Below, piece after piece: positions 38,990-52,500 of a DNA stretch of 56,011 nt. Below the pieces are notes generated by a model, which worked only from the letters and a program-made list of their open reading frames with translations, made no database searches and was not told the DNA's origin. The stretch comes from Chlamydiota bacterium. Its GTDB lineage: Bacteria; Chlamydiota; Chlamydiia; Chlamydiales; SM23-39. The position numbers were made by a program, and so were the translations under genes. The stretch lies in contig DAIDIZ010000002.1 in the NCBI GenBank assembly GCA_027451585.1, positions 1-56,011 on the forward strand, given 5' to 3'. Every line of letters starts with the position of its first letter. Position 1 is the first letter of the stretch.

Positions 38990-41900
38990 TTATGTTCTCG
39001 CAAATTCCGAAGTGAAGTCGATATCAAAAGCGGAGGTTGCCTGCGCCTCAATAAACTTATTCACTTTTTTGTGATACTCGTACCCAGTTCCTGCAGGAAT
39101 CATATGCCCCATAATCAGGTTGGCCTTTGTATCAAGCAAGAAATCGGTCTTGCTCTCGCAGGATGCTGAAGTCAAGATCCTTGTTGTCTCCATGAAGGAA
39201 GCCGCTGAAAGGAATGACTCGGTCCCTAAAGAGGCCCTTGTAATTCCGAGGAGAACTGGAGCCGCTTGGGCGGGTTTTCCCCCTTCTTCGATCGTCTTTC
39301 GGTTGATCTCATACAAGGCCTTCTTGTCGATATCATCTCCATGCAAGCAAATCGTATCGCCTGGATCGGTGATGCGCACTTTTTGGAGCATCTGTCTGAC
39401 GATAATCTCGATGTGCTTGTCGTTGATATCGACCCCTTGGAGGCGGTAGACCTCTTGGACTTGATTGACGAGGTATTTCTGCAATTCCCTCGCTCCGCAA
39501 ATCTCCAAGATCTCCTGAGAAACAACAAGTCCTTCGGTCAACTGCTGTCCTTTAATCACCATGTCCCCTTTCTGGACAATCAAGTGTTTTGAAAGTGGGA
39601 TAAGGTGTTCCTCTTCCATGCCCGTTGCGTCATCGCGGACGACAACGATCCGTTTGTTCTTCTGAACGCCTCGGAAATCGACAACCCCATCGATCTTCGC
39701 AATCTCTGCCGCATCTTTCGGACGACGCGCTTCGAAGAGCTCAGCCACACGGGGTAATCCCCCGGTAATATCCTTCGTCTTGATCGCCCCTCGAGGCAAT
39801 TTAGCAAGGACCATACCAGCAGCCACTTTCTGACCTTCTCTCGCTGTAATCACAGCCGCAGCCGGAATCGCATAGGTTCCGACCAACTCAGTACAATCGA
39901 CATCGGCATAGATGACGATCTGGGGGTGGAGCTCTCCTCGATGCTGCTTCACAATCAGCTCCACCTGACCTGTTTGCTTATTGACCTCACGCATGACCGA
40001 GATCCCTTCGACGAGATCTTCGTATTTGACGTATCCTGGGCGTTCGCAAATGATCGGACTGCTATGTTGCTCCCACTGGCATACTTTTTCCCCTTTCTTG
40101 ACTTTGGTGCCATCGCCAAAGAGGATCTTCGCTCCGAGCTCTACAGAGAAGCTTTGAAGAGGTTCAATCGATTTGTTGTTGAGGAGTTTCTTGTAATCAT
40201 CGAGAGATCTTCCCTCATCGCGAACCACTTGGAGTAGCCCATTCTTATTGAGCGCAAGAAAGTGCCCTTCTTCGTTCTGGACAACACGAAGATCCATGTA
40301 AACAAGAACACCCTCTTTCTCTGCGATCATCTCTGGGCTAACTCCCGCAGAAGCAATCCCTCCAAGGTGGAACGTTCTCATCGTGAGCTGCGTTCCAGGT
40401 TCCCCGATAGACTGCGCTGCGATGATACCGATGGCCTCTCCCATGCCCACCAGATTCCCTGTGGCAAGATTGAGCCCATAGCACTTCGCACAAATACCGC
40501 GACGGCTCTCACATGTAAGAGCAGATCGAATCCGGATGGATTCTATCCCTGCATCATCGATCGCTTCTGCTTGAGGGTTGGTGAGAACATCTCCTGCTCG
40601 AGCAAGAATTTTTTTACTGTCTCCCGGAAGATAGATATCTTCAAGAACTGTCCTTCCGTAAATACGATCTTTAATCGGGAGAAGTTCTTCCATCCCTTGC
40701 TTAATTGCGCCAACTTCGATCCCGTTGATTGTTCCGCAATCTTCTCTTGTGATGATCACATCTTGGGCTACGTCAACGAGTCGTCGTGTAAGATACCCAG
40801 AATCGGCTGTTTTAAGAGCAGTATCGGAAAGACCTTTACGAGCTCCGTGCGTCGAGATGAAGTACTCCATCACCGTTAACCCCTCTCGGAAGTTCGCTGT
40901 AATCGGGGATTCAATGATCTCTCCCGTCGGTTTGGTCATCAAACCTCGAAGAGCTCCTAACTGTTTAACCTGCGACTTGTTCCCTCTCGCACCTGAATCC
41001 ACCATAAGGTACAAGGGATTCAAAGCTCCTGAGGAAGTATCATAAATGAGTTTGAAGAGATCTTCAGAGAGCTTATCAGACACCTCTGTCCAGATACTGA
41101 TGATCTTGGAGTGTCTTTCCCCTTCTGTGATGATCCCATCCTCGTACTGTTTTTTCACAACAGCTACTCGTTTGGCGGCTTCAGCAAGTACAGTTTTCTT
41201 ATGAGCTGGAACCTTGATATCACATGTCCCCATGGAGATCGCAGCTTTTGTCGCTTCCGCAAATCCAAGGTTTTTCATCTTATCGAGGAAATGAACGGTC
41301 GCTTCAAGGCCAATTTTCTTATAACATTCGAGAACGAGCTCTGAGAGTCTTTTCTTACGCAAAACGTAGTTCTGGAACCCAAGCTCTTTAGGCACAATCG
41401 TATTGAAAATCACTCGACCAGGAGTTGTTTCAATAATGCCCCCATCAACGAGTACCTTGATCTTCTCATGGATATGAATTCCTCTACCCAAATTATCGAG
41501 GCGCCCCTTCTCATGACCTTCTTTATACCAATTGTAGCTACCGCTCGCATGGAGAGCCATCAAGACCTCTTCCGCGCCGCTAAATGTTTTGACTCGACGA
41601 CCTTCTTTATCGGGATGGATGACAGGATCATGCATCAGATAATAAAGGCCCAAGATCATATCCTGAGCTGGAACTGCAACCGGTTTTCCTGAAGAAGGAA
41701 GGAAAATATTGTCGGGTGCCATCATGAGCAATTTGGCTTCGAGCTGCGCTTCAATGGAGAGAGGAACGTGAACCGCCATTTGGTCCCCGTCAAAGTCGGC
41801 GTTGAACGCAGGGGTGACAAGAGGGTGAATACGGATCGCCTTCCCTTCAATTAAAACAGGCTCAAAAGCTTGGATTCCCAATCGGTGCAGTGTGGGCGCT

Positions 41901-43177
41901 CGGTTGAGCAAGACGGGGTGCCCTTTAATGATCTCTTCCAACACATCCCATACTTCAGGAGCCTGTTTTTGGATCATTTTCTTCGCAGAACGAATGGTGT
42001 AAACGTGACCTAAATCCTTGAGTCTCTTAACAATAAATGGCTCAAAGAGATCAAGAGCCATCTTTTTCGGCAAACCGCACTGATTAAAGCGGAGCTCAGG
42101 GCCGACAACGATCACAGAACGGCCGGAATAGTCGACCCGTTTTCCAAGGAGGTTTTGACGGAAACGTCCCTGCTTTCCCTTTAACATTTCAGAAAGAGAT
42201 TTCAACGGACGGTTTCCCGCACCCATGACTGGATGTCCATGACGGCCATTGTCAAAGAGAGCATCGACTGCCTCTTGAAGCATCCTTTTCTCGTTGCGGA
42301 TGATCACATCCGGCGTTTTGAGTTTCAAAATCGATTTGAGTCGATTATTTCTGTTGATGACCCGTCGATACAAATCGTTCAAATCGGAAGTGGCAAAGCG
42401 ACCTCCATCCAAAGGAACGAGAGGGCGAAGATCTGGAGGAATGATGGGGACAGCAGAAAGAACCATCCAATCCGATTGATTGGAGGAGGTCGAAAAACCT
42501 TCTACAATTTTAAGCCTTTTTGCAAGCTTCATGCGTGCTTGCATCGACTTTGTCTTACGCAATTTGTCTTTCAAGTCGACGACGAGATTGGCCAGGTCTT
42601 CACTTTTTAAAAGGTCTTGAACCGCTTCTCCCCCCATCTTCGCCTTGAATCCATCAGAACCCCACTTCTCTTGCGCTTCTCGATATTCGTTATCGTTGAG
42701 AAGTTGTTTCCGCTGCAATTCGCTGCGACCAGGATCTGTTACCACATACTCTTCGTAGTAAATCACCCGCTCGAGTTCTGAGGTAGAAAGACCTAGGATA
42801 TTCCCGATTTGAGAGGGCATGGTTTTGAAAAACCAAATGTGAACAACAGGAACAGCCAGCTCAATATGAGCCATTCGCTCTCTGCGCACTTTCGCAATCG
42901 TTACTTCCACACCACATCGATCACACACAATTCCTTTGTGTTTGATCTTCTTGTACTTCCCGCACGCACATTCCCAATCTCGGGTGGGACCAAAAATCTT
43001 TTCGCAAAACAGACCCCCTTTTTCAGGCTTGAATGTGCGATAATTAATCGTCTCAGGTTTCTTTACCTCTCCTCGAGACCACTGGTTCCGAATCACGTCT
43101 TCGGAAGCAATTTTAATCGTGACCTTATCGAAATGGGAGCTTCTTACATCTTCATCAGCATCAAATGGTTGCGACAT
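38990..43177 (-). CDS. rpoC: DNA-directed RNA polymerase subunit beta'
   Basis: 1395 aa with NADFDGDQM (catalytic site) and a CxCGKY...C..CGVE zinc finger. Confidence 0.97.
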   Translation of the reverse strand: MSQPFDADEDVRSSHFDKVTIKIASEDVIRNQWSRGEVKKPETINYRTFKPEKGGLFCEKIFGPTRDWECACGKYKKIKHKGIVCDRCGVEVTIAKVRRERMAHIELAVPVVHIWFFKTMPSQIGNILGLSTSELERVIYYEEYVVTDPGRSELQRKQLLNDNEYREAQEKWGSDGFKAKMGGEAVQDLLKSEDLANLVVDLKDKLRKTKSMQARMKLAKRLKIVEGFSTSSNQSDWMVLSAVPIIPPDLRPLVPLDGGRFATSDLNDLYRRVINRNNRLKSILKLKTPDVIIRNEKRMLQEAVDALFDNGRHGHPVMGAGNRPLKSLSEMLKGKQGRFRQNLLGKRVDYSGRSVIVVGPELRFNQCGLPKKMALDLFEPFIVKRLKDLGHVYTIRSAKKMIQKQAPEVWDVLEEIIKGHPVLLNRAPTLHRLGIQAFEPVLIEGKAIRIHPLVTPAFNADFDGDQMAVHVPLSIEAQLEAKLLMMAPDNIFLPSSGKPVAVPAQDMILGLYYLMHDPVIHPDKEGRRVKTFSGAEEVLMALHASGSYNWYKEGHEKGRLDNLGRGIHIHEKIKVLVDGGIIETTPGRVIFNTIVPKELGFQNYVLRKKRLSELVLECYKKIGLEATVHFLDKMKNLGFAEATKAAISMGTCDIKVPAHKKTVLAEAAKRVAVVKKQYEDGIITEGERHSKIISIWTEVSDKLSEDLFKLIYDTSSGALNPLYLMVDSGARGNKSQVKQLGALRGLMTKPTGEIIESPITANFREGLTVMEYFISTHGARKGLSDTALKTADSGYLTRRLVDVAQDVIITREDCGTINGIEVGAIKQGMEELLPIKDRIYGRTVLEDIYLPGDSKKILARAGDVLTNPQAEAIDDAGIESIRIRSALTCESRRGICAKCYGLNLATGNLVGMGEAIGIIAAQSIGEPGTQLTMRTFHLGGIASAGVSPEMIAEKEGVLVYMDLRVVQNEEGHFLALNKNGLLQVVRDEGRSLDDYKKLLNNKSIEPLQSFSVELGAKILFGDGTKVKKGEKVCQWEQHSSPIICERPGYVKYEDLVEGISVMREVNKQTGQVELIVKQHRGELHPQIVIYADVDCTELVGTYAIPAAAVITAREGQKVAAGMVLAKLPRGAIKTKDITGGLPRVAELFEARRPKDAAEIAKIDGVVDFRGVQKNKRIVVVRDDATGMEEEHLIPLSKHLIVQKGDMVIKGQQLTEGLVVSQEILEICGARELQKYLVNQVQEVYRLQGVDINDKHIEIIVRQMLQKVRITDPGDTICLHGDDIDKKALYEINRKTIEEGGKPAQAAPVLLGITRASLGTESFLSAASFMETTRILTSASCESKTDFLLDTKANLIMGHMIPAGTGYEYHKKVNKFIEAQATSAFDIDFTSEFART

Positions 43178-43206
43178 CTCTCCAACTTCTCCTTACCTTG
43201 GGAACA

Positions 43207-46200
43207 TTATTCAACAAATTCTGTACGGATATCGAGACACAAACCTTGCATCTCTTTTACAAGTACGTTAAACGACTCAGGAGTTCCCGCCACAAGCGTA
43301 TTCTCTCCCTTGACAATCGATTCATAAATGCGAGTTCTTCCCGCAACATCATCAGACTTAACAGTCAACATCTCTTGGAGAAGGTGAGCTGCGCCATAAG
43401 CTTCAAGGGCCCATACCTCCATCTCTCCGAATCGCTGACCTCCTTTCTGCGCTTTACCACCAAGCGGTTGCTGAGTGACAAGCGAATAAGGACCAATCGA
43501 GCGAGCGTGGATTTTATCGGCAACCAAGTGACTGAGTTTGAGCATATAGATATAGCCCACCACAATGCGGTTGTCGAAGCGCTCTCCGGTTCTTCCATCA
43601 AAGAGATAAGCCTTTCCGTTCTCAAACATCGACTGCTCTTTCATCATCTCCCAAATTTTCGATTCGGGGAAGCCTTCAAAAACAGGGCTCTTCACCCAGA
43701 TTCCTGCTTTTTTCGCTGCGTACCCAAGATGAGTTTCCAAGAGCTGACCCATATTCATACGAGAAGGAACTCCGAGAGGATTCAAAATCATCTCGACTGT
43801 ATCGCCGTTAGAGAGATAAGGCATATCGGCCTCGAGGACGATCTTGGCCACAACCCCCTTGTTTCCGTGACGCCCCGCCATTTTATCTCCCACTTGGAGC
43901 TTTCGCTTGGCTGCCACGTAGACCTTGACTTGACGAATCACTCCAGGATCGAGATCGGTATCCCCTTTGCGCATGAATTCAATTTCTGATCGATGCTGCA
44001 TTTGGAGGTTTTGGTAGGCATGTTCAAAGTCTCGTAAAATCTTCTTAAGCTCAACATAAATCTCTTTATCGGCCATGAGAAGATCTTCAGCCTTCTCACT
44101 TTCGAGAGTTTCAATGGTCTCTTGAGTCATCACTTGACCCTCTTCGACGATGACCTCTCCACTCTTTCTATGCATGATAGAAGAAGGCGCTTTTTCGTTG
44201 AGGAGAAGAGCTCCCAATTTTTCGTGGAACTCGACTTGGAGTTCTGCTTCTTTCGCCTTATACCCTGAGTGAATATCTTTAATCCGAGTCGCCTCTTCGA
44301 CAAGTTCATCATCCGTTTTCGATAAACGATCTCGTCTTGAGAAGACTTTTACATCCATCACAACCCCTTCCGTTCCCGGAGGTGCTGTCAGGGAGGCATC
44401 TTTCACATCGGCCGCTTTTTCTCCGAAAATCGCTCTTAAAAGACGCTCTTCTGGAGACAATTCAGTTTCCGATTTCGGAGTGATCTTCCCAACCAAAATC
44501 GTACCCGGCTCGACGAGAGCGCCGATCCGAATAATCCCATCATCCCCGAGATCTTTGAGCATCTCTTCGGAGACATTGGGAATATCTTTTGTAATCTCTT
44601 CTTTTCCGAGCTTCGTATCGCGGGCAGTGAGCTCAAATTCTTCGAGATAGATGGAAGTATAATAATCTTCACGGATCAACTTCTCAGAGATAATGATCGC
44701 ATCTTCATAGTTGTATCCACACCATGGCATAAAGGCCACAAGAACGTTTTTCCCGAGAGCGATCTCTCCTTTATCCGTTGCAGGGCCATCCGCCAACACA
44801 TCCCCTGCGACCACTTTATCTCCTACATTGCAAAGAGGCGTTTGGCTAATGCAAGTTCCGCTGTTGGAGCGCATGAATTTCTTGAGGACATAGGTGTGTT
44901 TGTTGAGTGGATTGTCTTTCGGAGCCACTACGATCTTGAAGCCATCGACGTACTCAACAACTCCATTTTCTACAGCAACGATAACCGCACCCGAGTCTCG
45001 AGCTGATCTCCCTTCAAGTCCCGTTCCCACAAGAGGAGCTTCAGGAATCAAAAGAGGGACCGCCTGACGCTGCATGTTAGAGCCCATCAAGGCTCGGTTC
45101 GCGTCGTCATGCTCGAGGAACGGGATGAGTCCCGCTACAATGGAAACAAGCTGCTTAGAAGAGACGTCCATGTGGGTAATTTTGGAGGTCTCGATTTCCA
45201 TCGGTTCCCCTCTTTGGTGAGCCCAGCAAAGATTCTCCTGAAACATCCCTTGGTCGTCCAACGGAGTCGAGGCTTGCGTGACAATGTAGTCTGCTTCCTG
45301 ATCAGCCGTCATGTACTCGATTTCATCGGTTACAATACCTTCTCGAACGATCCGATAAGGAGTTTCGATAAATCCAAACTCGTTGATTTTTGCAAAAGTA
45401 GAAAGAGAAGTAATCAGTCCAATGTTCGGTCCCTCAGGAGTCTCGATCGGGCAGATACGGCCATAGTGAGAAGCGTGCACGTCGCGCACTTCAAATCCAG
45501 CGCGTTCTCGATTCAAACCACCAGGTCCTAAGCAAGATAATCGTCTTTTGTGAGTCAACTCAGAAATCGGGTTTGTTTGGTCCATGAATTGGGAGAGCTG
45601 AGATCTACCAAAAAAGTCTTTGAGAACGCCAGCCAACCCCTTAGCAGAGACAATTTTACCTGGAGTCATTGTGTCAGAAGAGAAGTCGAAGAGATTCATT
45701 CTCTCTTTGATGATCTTTTCCATACGAGCCAAACCAATCCGACACTGGTTTTGGATCAATTCTCCAACAGAGCGAACACGTCGATTGCCCAAGTGATCGA
45801 TATCATCTACATGTGCATTCTCATCGCCGAGCTTCAGTCGAATAAGGTATTTCAAAGCCGCAATTACATCTTCTTTGCGTAAAGTGACCACATTGATCTC
45901 TTCATCAGAGACACTCAAACCCAATTTTCGGTTGAGTTTGTAGCGGCCGACTCTGCCCAAGTTATATCTCTTCGGATCGAAGAAAAGGCGCATGATAGCA
46001 GATCTGGCATTAGAAAGAGTAGGAGGTTCACCAGGACGGATCTTCCGATAGAAATCTTTGAGAGCAGATTCATAAGAATCGGTTGTATCCTTTGCGAGCA
46101 TCTTGATCACCGGATGGGTCTCATCAGCTTCTTCTGCAATACGGGCAGCCTGGATTCCCTCATCGAGCATCCGTTTGAGCATCGCGGTAGTTAATTTTTC

Positions 46201-46965
46201 TCCTGCCTTACCAAAGACAGAGCCCGTTTGTTCATCCACCACATCTTCTGCAAGGATCTTCCCAACGAGTTTTACAAAATCTTTTTCTGACTTGAGTTTG
46301 ACTTTGACAGTTTCGAAAAACTCTTCAATAATGTCAGCATCAGTTGAATAGCCTAAAGTACGGATGAATGTAGAAGCGAGAATCTTGCGACGTCTTTTCT
46401 TTCGGTCAATGTAAACATAAATCAGGTCGTTACTATCGAAAGAAGCCTCTAACCAACTTCCTCTGTAAGGAATGATCCGGAAAGAATAGATAATTGTCCC
46501 TTTAGGATGTCTTTCCTGCTCAAAAGAAAGCCCAGGAGAGCGGTGGAGTTGGGAAACAATGACCCGTTCGGCCCCGTTGATGATGAACGTTCCTTTGTCG
46601 GTCATCACAGGGATCGTCCCCATGTAGACTTCTTCTTCTTTGATTCCTGTTTCATCGGTCAAACGGAACTTGACTTTGAGGGTGACGTTATAAGAAATCC
46701 CTCGTCGAATGCACTCTTCAGGAGAATATTTCGGAACCCCTAAATTGTAAGAAATAAATTCCAAAACCGTCTTTTCGTCATAGGACTTAATCGGGAAAAT
46801 TTCGTTGAATACTTCCTGCAGGCCAATGTTTTCTCTTTCGCTAGGAAGTAGATGAGATTGAAGGAATAAGTTGTACGACTTGATCTGGATTTCGATCAAG
46901 TTGGGGAGATCGATGATCTCTTCCCGTTCGCGAAAACTCACCCGCTTAGGCGGCTTTTTTAACAT
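43207..46965 (-). CDS. rpoB: DNA-directed RNA polymerase subunit beta
   Basis: 1252 aa with GRHGNKGV and the conserved [15 protein letters not shown] block. Confidence 0.97.
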   Translation of the reverse strand: MLKKPPKRVSFREREEIIDLPNLIEIQIKSYNLFLQSHLLPSERENIGLQEVFNEIFPIKSYDEKTVLEFISYNLGVPKYSPEECIRRGISYNVTLKVKFRLTDETGIKEEEVYMGTIPVMTDKGTFIINGAERVIVSQLHRSPGLSFEQERHPKGTIIYSFRIIPYRGSWLEASFDSNDLIYVYIDRKKRRRKILASTFIRTLGYSTDADIIEEFFETVKVKLKSEKDFVKLVGKILAEDVVDEQTGSVFGKAGEKLTTAMLKRMLDEGIQAARIAEEADETHPVIKMLAKDTTDSYESALKDFYRKIRPGEPPTLSNARSAIMRLFFDPKRYNLGRVGRYKLNRKLGLSVSDEEINVVTLRKEDVIAALKYLIRLKLGDENAHVDDIDHLGNRRVRSVGELIQNQCRIGLARMEKIIKERMNLFDFSSDTMTPGKIVSAKGLAGVLKDFFGRSQLSQFMDQTNPISELTHKRRLSCLGPGGLNRERAGFEVRDVHASHYGRICPIETPEGPNIGLITSLSTFAKINEFGFIETPYRIVREGIVTDEIEYMTADQEADYIVTQASTPLDDQGMFQENLCWAHQRGEPMEIETSKITHMDVSSKQLVSIVAGLIPFLEHDDANRALMGSNMQRQAVPLLIPEAPLVGTGLEGRSARDSGAVIVAVENGVVEYVDGFKIVVAPKDNPLNKHTYVLKKFMRSNSGTCISQTPLCNVGDKVVAGDVLADGPATDKGEIALGKNVLVAFMPWCGYNYEDAIIISEKLIREDYYTSIYLEEFELTARDTKLGKEEITKDIPNVSEEMLKDLGDDGIIRIGALVEPGTILVGKITPKSETELSPEERLLRAIFGEKAADVKDASLTAPPGTEGVVMDVKVFSRRDRLSKTDDELVEEATRIKDIHSGYKAKEAELQVEFHEKLGALLLNEKAPSSIMHRKSGEVIVEEGQVMTQETIETLESEKAEDLLMADKEIYVELKKILRDFEHAYQNLQMQHRSEIEFMRKGDTDLDPGVIRQVKVYVAAKRKLQVGDKMAGRHGNKGVVAKIVLEADMPYLSNGDTVEMILNPLGVPSRMNMGQLLETHLGYAAKKAGIWVKSPVFEGFPESKIWEMMKEQSMFENGKAYLFDGRTGERFDNRIVVGYIYMLKLSHLVADKIHARSIGPYSLVTQQPLGGKAQKGGQRFGEMEVWALEAYGAAHLLQEMLTVKSDDVAGRTRIYESIVKGENTLVAGTPESFNVLVKEMQGLCLDIRTEFVE

Positions 46966-47066
46966 GAAATTCGCTCCTCAATTGTAGACCTTCAAAGGGG
47001 TCTTCTTGTAAACAGCACGGAACTGTGAAAAAGGATAACAGTCCCTTAAAAATATACAGAAAAAGC

Positions 47067-47093
47067 AGAAGATGTCCACAGGGAACATCTTCT
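47067..47093 (-). terminator. rplL-rpoB intergenic attenuator/terminator hairpin
   Basis: A 9 bp stem (agaagatgt / acatcttct) is followed on the minus strand by GCTTTTTCTG. A second 7 bp hairpin (47106-47129) lies directly after the rplL stop. Confidence 0.65.
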
Positions 47094-47140
47094 CTCAACT
47101 CAACATTCCCCCTTTTTTATCAGGGGGAAAACACCGTTCG

Positions 47141-47527
47141 TTAGAGACCTTTGAGGGTCACTTTCGCGCCAGCTGCCTGGAGTTTATCTCTCATTGTCTC
47201 GGCTTCTGCTTTAGGAGCTGCAGCTTTGAGCTCTTTTGGTGCTCCTTCTACAATATCCTTCGCTTCTTTGAGACCAAGGCCTGTCAACTCGCGAACAGCC
47301 TTAATAACACTGATTTTCTTATCATCAGGTACTGGGCCTTCGAGAGTCACTTTAAACTCAGTTGATTCTGAAGCCGCAGCAGCAGGGGCAGCTCCGGATG
47401 GAGCAGCAGCTACAGCAACAGCTGCCTTGACTCCCCATTTTTGTTCCAACATTTCTTTTAACTTAGCCATATCCAATACAGATAACAGGCTTAACTTTTC
47501 TGCGAGGTCGTCGAGATTGTGACTCAT
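47141..47527 (-). CDS. rplL: 50S ribosomal protein L7/L12
   Basis: 128 aa with an Ala-rich hinge and C-terminal [17 protein letters not shown]. Confidence 0.95.
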   Translation of the reverse strand: MSHNLDDLAEKLSLLSVLDMAKLKEMLEQKWGVKAAVAVAAAPSGAAPAAAASESTEFKVTLEGPVPDDKKISVIKAVRELTGLGLKEAKDIVEGAPKELKAAAPKAEAETMRDKLQAAGAKVTLKGL

Positions 47528-47548
47528 GGGTAAATTTCTCCTAAAATC

Positions 47549-48046
47549 TTAACTTTTTTGCTCTGAACGCTCTGCTATCGCAGCTTCCATCACGGAAAGC
47601 ATTTGCGACATCGGCGAAGTAAACAGGGCGAGCATTGTCGCTCTCATTTCATCGATTCCTGGTAACTTGGACAACATTTCAAGTTCTGAGCCTGGAAGGA
47701 GTTTCCCCTCAACAGATCCACAGAGGACTTGAAAGATTTGACCATTGCTTTCAGAAAACTCAAAGACCACTTTTGCGGGGGCCATCGCGTCATCTTGACC
47801 GATGAAAACCACTCCGACGTGACCTGTTAACAGGTTTTCATCGAGAGTCATGCCCGACAGGGAAGCAGCTTTTAAAAACACTCGTTTGCGAACGACTTCA
47901 AACATACTCCCTTTGCTAGCAAGAGCATGTCGAAACGACCAAGATACGTTTGGTTCCAGTCGATTATAACGGGTGATAATGATGGATTTAGATGCATCAA
48001 TCTTTTGTTTGATCTCATCTAATAAAAGAGGTTTTTCTTTTCTCAT
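47549..48046 (-). CDS. rplJ: 50S ribosomal protein L10
   Basis: 165 aa. Called from its position upstream of rplL. Confidence 0.9.
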   Translation of the reverse strand: MRKEKPLLLDEIKQKIDASKSIIITRYNRLEPNVSWSFRHALASKGSMFEVVRKRVFLKAASLSGMTLDENLLTGHVGVVFIGQDDAMAPAKVVFEFSESNGQIFQVLCGSVEGKLLPGSELEMLSKLPGIDEMRATMLALFTSPMSQMLSVMEAAIAERSEQKS

Positions 48047-48058
48047 GAATATTCTCCT

Positions 48059-48760
48059 TTATCCGAGTGCAAGGGATTGTGCATCAATTTTCAATCCAGG
48101 ACCCATTGTCGAAGAGACATACAGAGAGCGGAGGAAAACACCCTTCGCGCTTGCAGGTCTTGCTCGAACAATCGCCTGTAAGAGAGACATCAAGTTCTCT
48201 ACAAGAGCGGTCTCTTGGAAGGAAATTTTTCCTACAGCATTATTGATGTTCCCTGTCTTATCTACTTTGAACTCAATTTTTCCAGCCTTCACCTCTTTGA
48301 CAGCCTTTCCGATGTCATTGGTGACGGTTCCCGCTTTTGGAGTGGGCATAAGGCCCCTGGGTCCCAGGACTTTCCCGAGCTTTCCAACTTCTCTCATCAT
48401 GTCAGGAGTTGAAATCAGAGCAGAAAAATCGGTCCATCCTCCCTTGATTTTTTCAAGAAGTTCATCGGCTCCGGCAAATTCGGCTCCGGCATCGAGAGCT
48501 TCTTTGACTTTATCACCTTTTGCAATGACAACTACCTTGATATCCTGTCCCGTTCCGTGAGGAAGAGAAACAGTTCCTCGCACTTGCTGATCCGATTTCT
48601 TCACGTCAACGCCCACTTTTAAAGAAAGGTTAAGCGACTGATTGAATTTCGGCTGAGGACACTTCTTCAATATCTGAATGGCTTCTTCAAGGGAGTAGAG
48701 CTTATTGCGATCGATCATCTGATCAATCTGCTTCATTCGCTTAGATCTTTTACTAGCCAT
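48059..48760 (-). CDS. rplA: 50S ribosomal protein L1
   Basis: 233 aa with [10 protein letters not shown] and LGPRGLMP motifs. Confidence 0.95.
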   Translation of the reverse strand: MASKRSKRMKQIDQMIDRNKLYSLEEAIQILKKCPQPKFNQSLNLSLKVGVDVKKSDQQVRGTVSLPHGTGQDIKVVVIAKGDKVKEALDAGAEFAGADELLEKIKGGWTDFSALISTPDMMREVGKLGKVLGPRGLMPTPKAGTVTNDIGKAVKEVKAGKIEFKVDKTGNINNAVGKISFQETALVENLMSLLQAIVRARPASAKGVFLRSLYVSSTMGPGLKIDAQSLALG

Positions 48761-48763
48761 TGA

Positions 48764-49192
48764 TTACCCCTCCACAATATCTACGCCCATGGAGCGAGCT
48801 GTTCCTGCTACCATCATTTCGGCCGCTTCGTCAGTAATGATTCGCATATCTTCTTTTTTCTGCCGAGCGATCTTTTTGACTTGAGCACGAGTGAGTTTAC
48901 CCACCTTATCTCGATTAGGAACCTTAGAGCCAGATTCAAGTCCGAGCTCTTTGAGGATCATTCGGGACACAGGGGGTTGACGCATGACAAAAGAAAATGT
49001 TTTGTCAGAGTAAACGGAGATAATGACCGGGAGAACGTCCCCCGCTTTATCTTGCGTTTTTGCATTGAATTCTTTGCAAAAGGCCATGATGTTGATCCCA
49101 GCCGATCCCAAAGCGGGACCGATCGGTGGGGCTGGATTCGCCTTCCCTGCCGGAATCTGCAACTTGACAACTTTTATTAGCTTTTTTGCCAT
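48764..49192 (-). CDS. rplK: 50S ribosomal protein L11
   Basis: 142 aa with [16 protein letters not shown]. Confidence 0.95.
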   Translation of the reverse strand: MAKKLIKVVKLQIPAGKANPAPPIGPALGSAGINIMAFCKEFNAKTQDKAGDVLPVIISVYSDKTFSFVMRQPPVSRMILKELGLESGSKVPNRDKVGKLTRAQVKKIARQKKEDMRIITDEAAEMMVAGTARSMGVDIVEG

Positions 49193-49367
49193 AACCCTCT
49201 TTTTGAGTTCAGAGCCTTCCCTTGGAAAAACTCAATTTAACGAAAACCTTTCGATTTTCTCCCCAATTCGAAGGTAGGCCACAAAACAGAGATCTCCGAA
49301 TTCTGGGGTATTTTGAACTGGTCAAAACAAGCTCCCGAACAGTGAACCCTGAATGAGGTCTACCTCA

Positions 49368-49913
49368 TTAACTTGCGTTTTCAGCAGTGGCTTGTTCCAC
49401 TTGCCAAAACTCAAGGTCATCTACGCGAGTATCGCGACCAAAAATGGAGACTGTTACGCTGAGGCGCCCCTTTTCATGGTTTACCTCTGTCACAACGCCC
49501 ACAAAGTTCACGAATACGCCGTCGGTGATTTTGACACGATCACCCACATCGACTTTGTGTTTTTGCACGACCCCTTTCTGGCGATCTGCAAGTTCACTCA
49601 TGATGTCTTGTACTTCTTTTTCCGTGAGAGGAACTGGTTTTTCCCCCCCGAGAAAATCGATAACGCCCGCAGTTTCTTTGATGTAGGACCAAGATTCATC
49701 ACTCATGTCCATCTTGACGAGTAGGTACCCCGGCCACATCCTTTTTTCACTGACTTTCTGGTGTCCTCGCTTTACTTCAGCCACATTTTCAGTCGGGATC
49801 AAAATTTCAGAAATTGCCTCTCTCATCCCTTTGGCATCGAGATATTCTTCAAGAGTCTTTTTCACTTTTTTTTCGTGACTAGAAATTACCTGTACGACAT
49901 ACCATTTCTGCAT
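49368..49913 (-). CDS. nusG: Transcription termination/antitermination factor NusG
   Basis: WYVVQV...HEKKV is the NGN domain. GDRVKITDGVF is the KOW motif. Confidence 0.93.
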   Translation of the reverse strand: MQKWYVVQVISSHEKKVKKTLEEYLDAKGMREAISEILIPTENVAEVKRGHQKVSEKRMWPGYLLVKMDMSDESWSYIKETAGVIDFLGGEKPVPLTEKEVQDIMSELADRQKGVVQKHKVDVGDRVKITDGVFVNFVGVVTEVNHEKGRLSVTVSIFGRDTRVDDLEFWQVEQATAENAS

Positions 49914-49919
49914 AACGCA

Positions 49920-50150
49920 TCACCCAAATATCACCCGAAGAAGGCTAGAAATTCCTTCTAAAACGCTTCGGATCGTTAAATCGACCCCATAGATCGAAAG
50001 CCCAAAGAAAAATGTAGAAAAAATGACTACCTTTGTACAAAGAAGGAGCTCTCCCTTGGAGGTCCAAGACACTTTCTTCAATTCATTTTGCACTTCTCTG
50101 AAGAAAGAAAGTTTTTTTCTTTCCCCCATTGAAACAGCAGACATGGACAT
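49920..50150 (-). CDS. secE: Preprotein translocase subunit SecE
   Basis: 76 aa with FFREVQNELKKVSW followed by one TM segment. It lies upstream of nusG. Confidence 0.85.
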   Translation of the reverse strand: MSMSAVSMGERKKLSFFREVQNELKKVSWTSKGELLLCTKVVIFSTFFFGLSIYGVDLTIRSVLEGISSLLRVIFG

Positions 50151-50166
50151 TTCCTCACCTTATAAT

Positions 50167-50239
50167 CGAGTGCGGAGGGACTCGAACCCCCGACCGGCGA
50201 CTTTGGAGATCGCTGCTCTACCAGCTGAGCTACACACCC
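50167..50239 (-). tRNA. tRNA-Trp (anticodon CCA)
   Basis: Hand-folded 73 nt cloverleaf: GGGTGTG-TA-GCTC-AGCTGGTA-GAGC-A-GCGAT-CTCCAAA-GTCGC-CGGTC-GGGGG-TTCGAGT-CCCTC-CGCACTC-G. No encoded CCA. Confidence 0.9.
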
Positions 50240-50343
50240 TCGAACTGGAAGAGCTTCTTCTCAGAATGATTTTTTCCGACGCCCATTAAATCACGTTTGC
50301 CGAACAAAACTCCAGAAAAAAAAGAAGCTCTTCCATCAAAAAA

Positions 50344-51528
50344 CTACTTGATGATTTTCGAAACCGTTCCAGCACCGATAGTTCGGCCCCCTTCACGGAT
50401 CGCAAATCGCATTCCTTCTTCCATGGCAACAGGATGGATAAGCTCAGCGGTAATTTCGACATTATCCCCTGGCATCACCATTTCAGTCCCTTGCGGCAAT
50501 TCAACGGTTCCCGTCACGTCAGTGGTACGGAAGTAAAACTGAGGACGGTAGCCAGTGAAGAACGGCTTATGGCGCCCCCCTTCATCTTTCGTGAGGATGT
50601 ACACAGTTCCTTTAAATTTTGTATGAGGTGTGCACGTTCCGGGAGCTGCCAAAACCATTCCTCGCTCTACATCGTCTTTTTCGATGCTGCGGAGAAGAAC
50701 ACCAACGTTTTCCCCTGCCAATGCTTCGTCAAGGATTTTGTTGAACATTTCAAGACCTGTTGCCACAGTGTCTCGAGTTTCTTTAATACCAACGAGCTGG
50801 ATTTTATCGTTAACTCGGACGCGACCTCTCTCCACTCGACCTGTAACCACAGTTCCTCGGCCAGAGATAGAGAAAACGTCTTCGATCGGCATCAAGAACG
50901 GCTTATCAACTTCTCGTGCTGGAGTTGGGATCTTCTGATCAACAACTTCCATCAACTGGAGAATTGACTTGACGTACTGAGGATCTCCTTCAAGAGCTTT
51001 TAGAGCAGAACCTCGGATGATTGGAACGTCTTTGTATCCTTTGGATTCGAGAAGTTCGGTCAACTCCATTTCGACGAGCTCGACGAGTTCCTCATCTCCC
51101 TTGCCGATCATGTCCATCTTGTTGAGAAAAACGACGATCGCAGGCACGCCCACTTGGCGAGCGAGGAGGATGTGTTCTTTTGTTTGAGGCATAGGACCAT
51201 CAGTTGCAGCCACAACGAGGATTGCCCCGTCCATCTGAGCCGCACCCGTGATCATGTTTTTGACATAGTCAGCGTGACCTGGGCAGTCTACGTGAGCGTA
51301 GTGTCGGTTCGCAGTCTCGTATTCTACGTGAGAAGCGTTGATCGTAATTCCGCGTGCTTTTTCTTCAGGCGTATTGTCAATGGACGCATAGTCTCTGAAT
51401 TTTGCCTGTCCTTTTTCAGCGAGAACTTTCGTGATCGCTGCAGTGAGAGTCGTTTTTCCATGGTCAACGTGACCAATGGTACCGATGTTGACGTGGGGTT
51501 TCTTTCTTTGAAAAGCTTCTTTAGCCAT
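50344..51528 (-). CDS. tuf: Elongation factor Tu
   Basis: 394 aa with [13 protein letters not shown] and NKMD. Confidence 0.97.
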   Translation of the reverse strand: MAKEAFQRKKPHVNIGTIGHVDHGKTTLTAAITKVLAEKGQAKFRDYASIDNTPEEKARGITINASHVEYETANRHYAHVDCPGHADYVKNMITGAAQMDGAILVVAATDGPMPQTKEHILLARQVGVPAIVVFLNKMDMIGKGDEELVELVEMELTELLESKGYKDVPIIRGSALKALEGDPQYVKSILQLMEVVDQKIPTPAREVDKPFLMPIEDVFSISGRGTVVTGRVERGRVRVNDKIQLVGIKETRDTVATGLEMFNKILDEALAGENVGVLLRSIEKDDVERGMVLAAPGTCTPHTKFKGTVYILTKDEGGRHKPFFTGYRPQFYFRTTDVTGTVELPQGTEMVMPGDNVEITAELIHPVAMEEGMRFAIREGGRTIGAGTVSKIIK

Positions 51529-51552
51529 TTTCTAATGATCCTCCGTTTTCAT

Positions 51553-51624
51553 TGCCCAAGATAGGAATTGAACCTACGACCACTTGCTTACCATGCAAGT
51601 GCTCTACCACTGAGCTACCTGGGC
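51553..51624 (-). tRNA. tRNA-Thr (anticodon GGU)
   Basis: Hand-folded 72 nt cloverleaf: GCCCAGG-TA-GCTC-AGTGGTA-GAGC-A-CTTGC-ATGGTAA-GCAAG-TGGTC-GTAGG-TTCAATT-CCTAT-CTTGGGC-A. It lies 24 nt upstream of tuf. Confidence 0.9.
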
Positions 51625-51701
51625 GCTTATGAGCTGTTTTTAAAACCAAGCGAGTTTAAGGTACTTGAACAATATAATCAATCCTTTTCCAAACCTATTC
51701 C

Positions 51702-51920
51702 CTATTTCTGACGATAGACGATGCGAGCTTTGGTCAAGTCGTACGGAGACATCTCCACAGTGACTGAATCACCGGCATAGACTCGAATGTTGCGCATCCG
51801 CATTTTTCCACTTAAATGAGCAATGACACGCATGCCATTTTCGAGGACAACGCTGAAAGTCATATTCGGCAAAAGTTCTTCAACTTTGCCTTCCATTTTG
51901 ATTGTTTCTTCTTTCGACAT
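51702..51920 (-). CDS. infA: Translation initiation factor IF-1
   Basis: 72 aa S1-like fold: [21 protein letters not shown]...HLSGKMR...I. Confidence 0.95.
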   Translation of the reverse strand: MSKEETIKMEGKVEELLPNMTFSVVLENGMRVIAHLSGKMRMRNIRVYAGDSVTVEMSPYDLTKARIVYRQK

Positions 51921-52062
51921 AGGGATTTTTCTCGGAAATGCTTACAATCAAACAACAATACCTTCATTTTGTCAACAAAAATTCTCCCGTACGAGAGAGA
52001 AAGGGGGGGGTACCTTTAAAAAACCAACCTCGATATGATGGTGGAAAAATCAAGGGATTTTC

Positions 52063-52500
52063 ATGACTACCACCCTTACCATAGAGGAAAAAATCGAAGG
52101 ATTAAAAGAACAATTTTCCTCCTTACAAAGCCCTCAGGAAAAATATCTTTTGATTATCGATCTAGGAAAAGAGCTTCCCTTGTTAGATCCGAGGGATAAA
52201 ATGGAAGAAAATCTCGTTCGCGGATGTCAAAGCAGTCTTTATCTCACAGGAAATCTCAAGGAAGGGAAAATCTTTTTTTCTGCCTCTACCGACGCCCTCA
52301 TCTCAGCTGGGCTTGCGGCTCTTCTGATTCATGTGTATAATGGCGAGTCGATAGAAACAGTGATCACTTCCCCTCCCCAATTTCTCCAAACCTTCGGCCT
52401 TCAAGCATCCCTGTCGCCCAATCGATCAAGCGGTTTTTTACACATCTATCTAAGAATGAAGAAGATAGCAATTGATTTAATCGCTCACAGATCCTCTTAA
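52063..52500 (+). CDS. sufE: Cysteine desulfuration protein SufE-like
   Basis: 145 aa with NLVRGCQSSLYL, the SufE active-site Cys context. Confidence 0.8.
   Translation: MTTTLTIEEKIEGLKEQFSSLQSPQEKYLLIIDLGKELPLLDPRDKMEENLVRGCQSSLYLTGNLKEGKIFFSASTDALISAGLAALLIHVYNGESIETVITSPPQFLQTFGLQASLSPNRSSGFLHIYLRMKKIAIDLIAHRSS

Noticed and set aside
40262-40879. 205 aa plus-strand ORF, plus similar ones at 42809-43327 and 45109-45531
   Set aside because: They are antisense shadow ORFs inside rpoC and rpoB with no independent support.
43165-43989. 274 aa plus-strand ORF spanning the rpoC/rpoB junction
   Set aside because: It lies antisense to rpoB and rpoC, which are unambiguous. It has no motifs. It is a typical shadow ORF in a long, highly constrained gene.
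47151-47522. 123 aa plus-strand Ala/Ser-rich ORF, plus 47973-48560
   Set aside because: These are mirror images of the rplL (Ala-rich hinge) and rplJ/rplA coding regions and arise as an artefact of codon composition.
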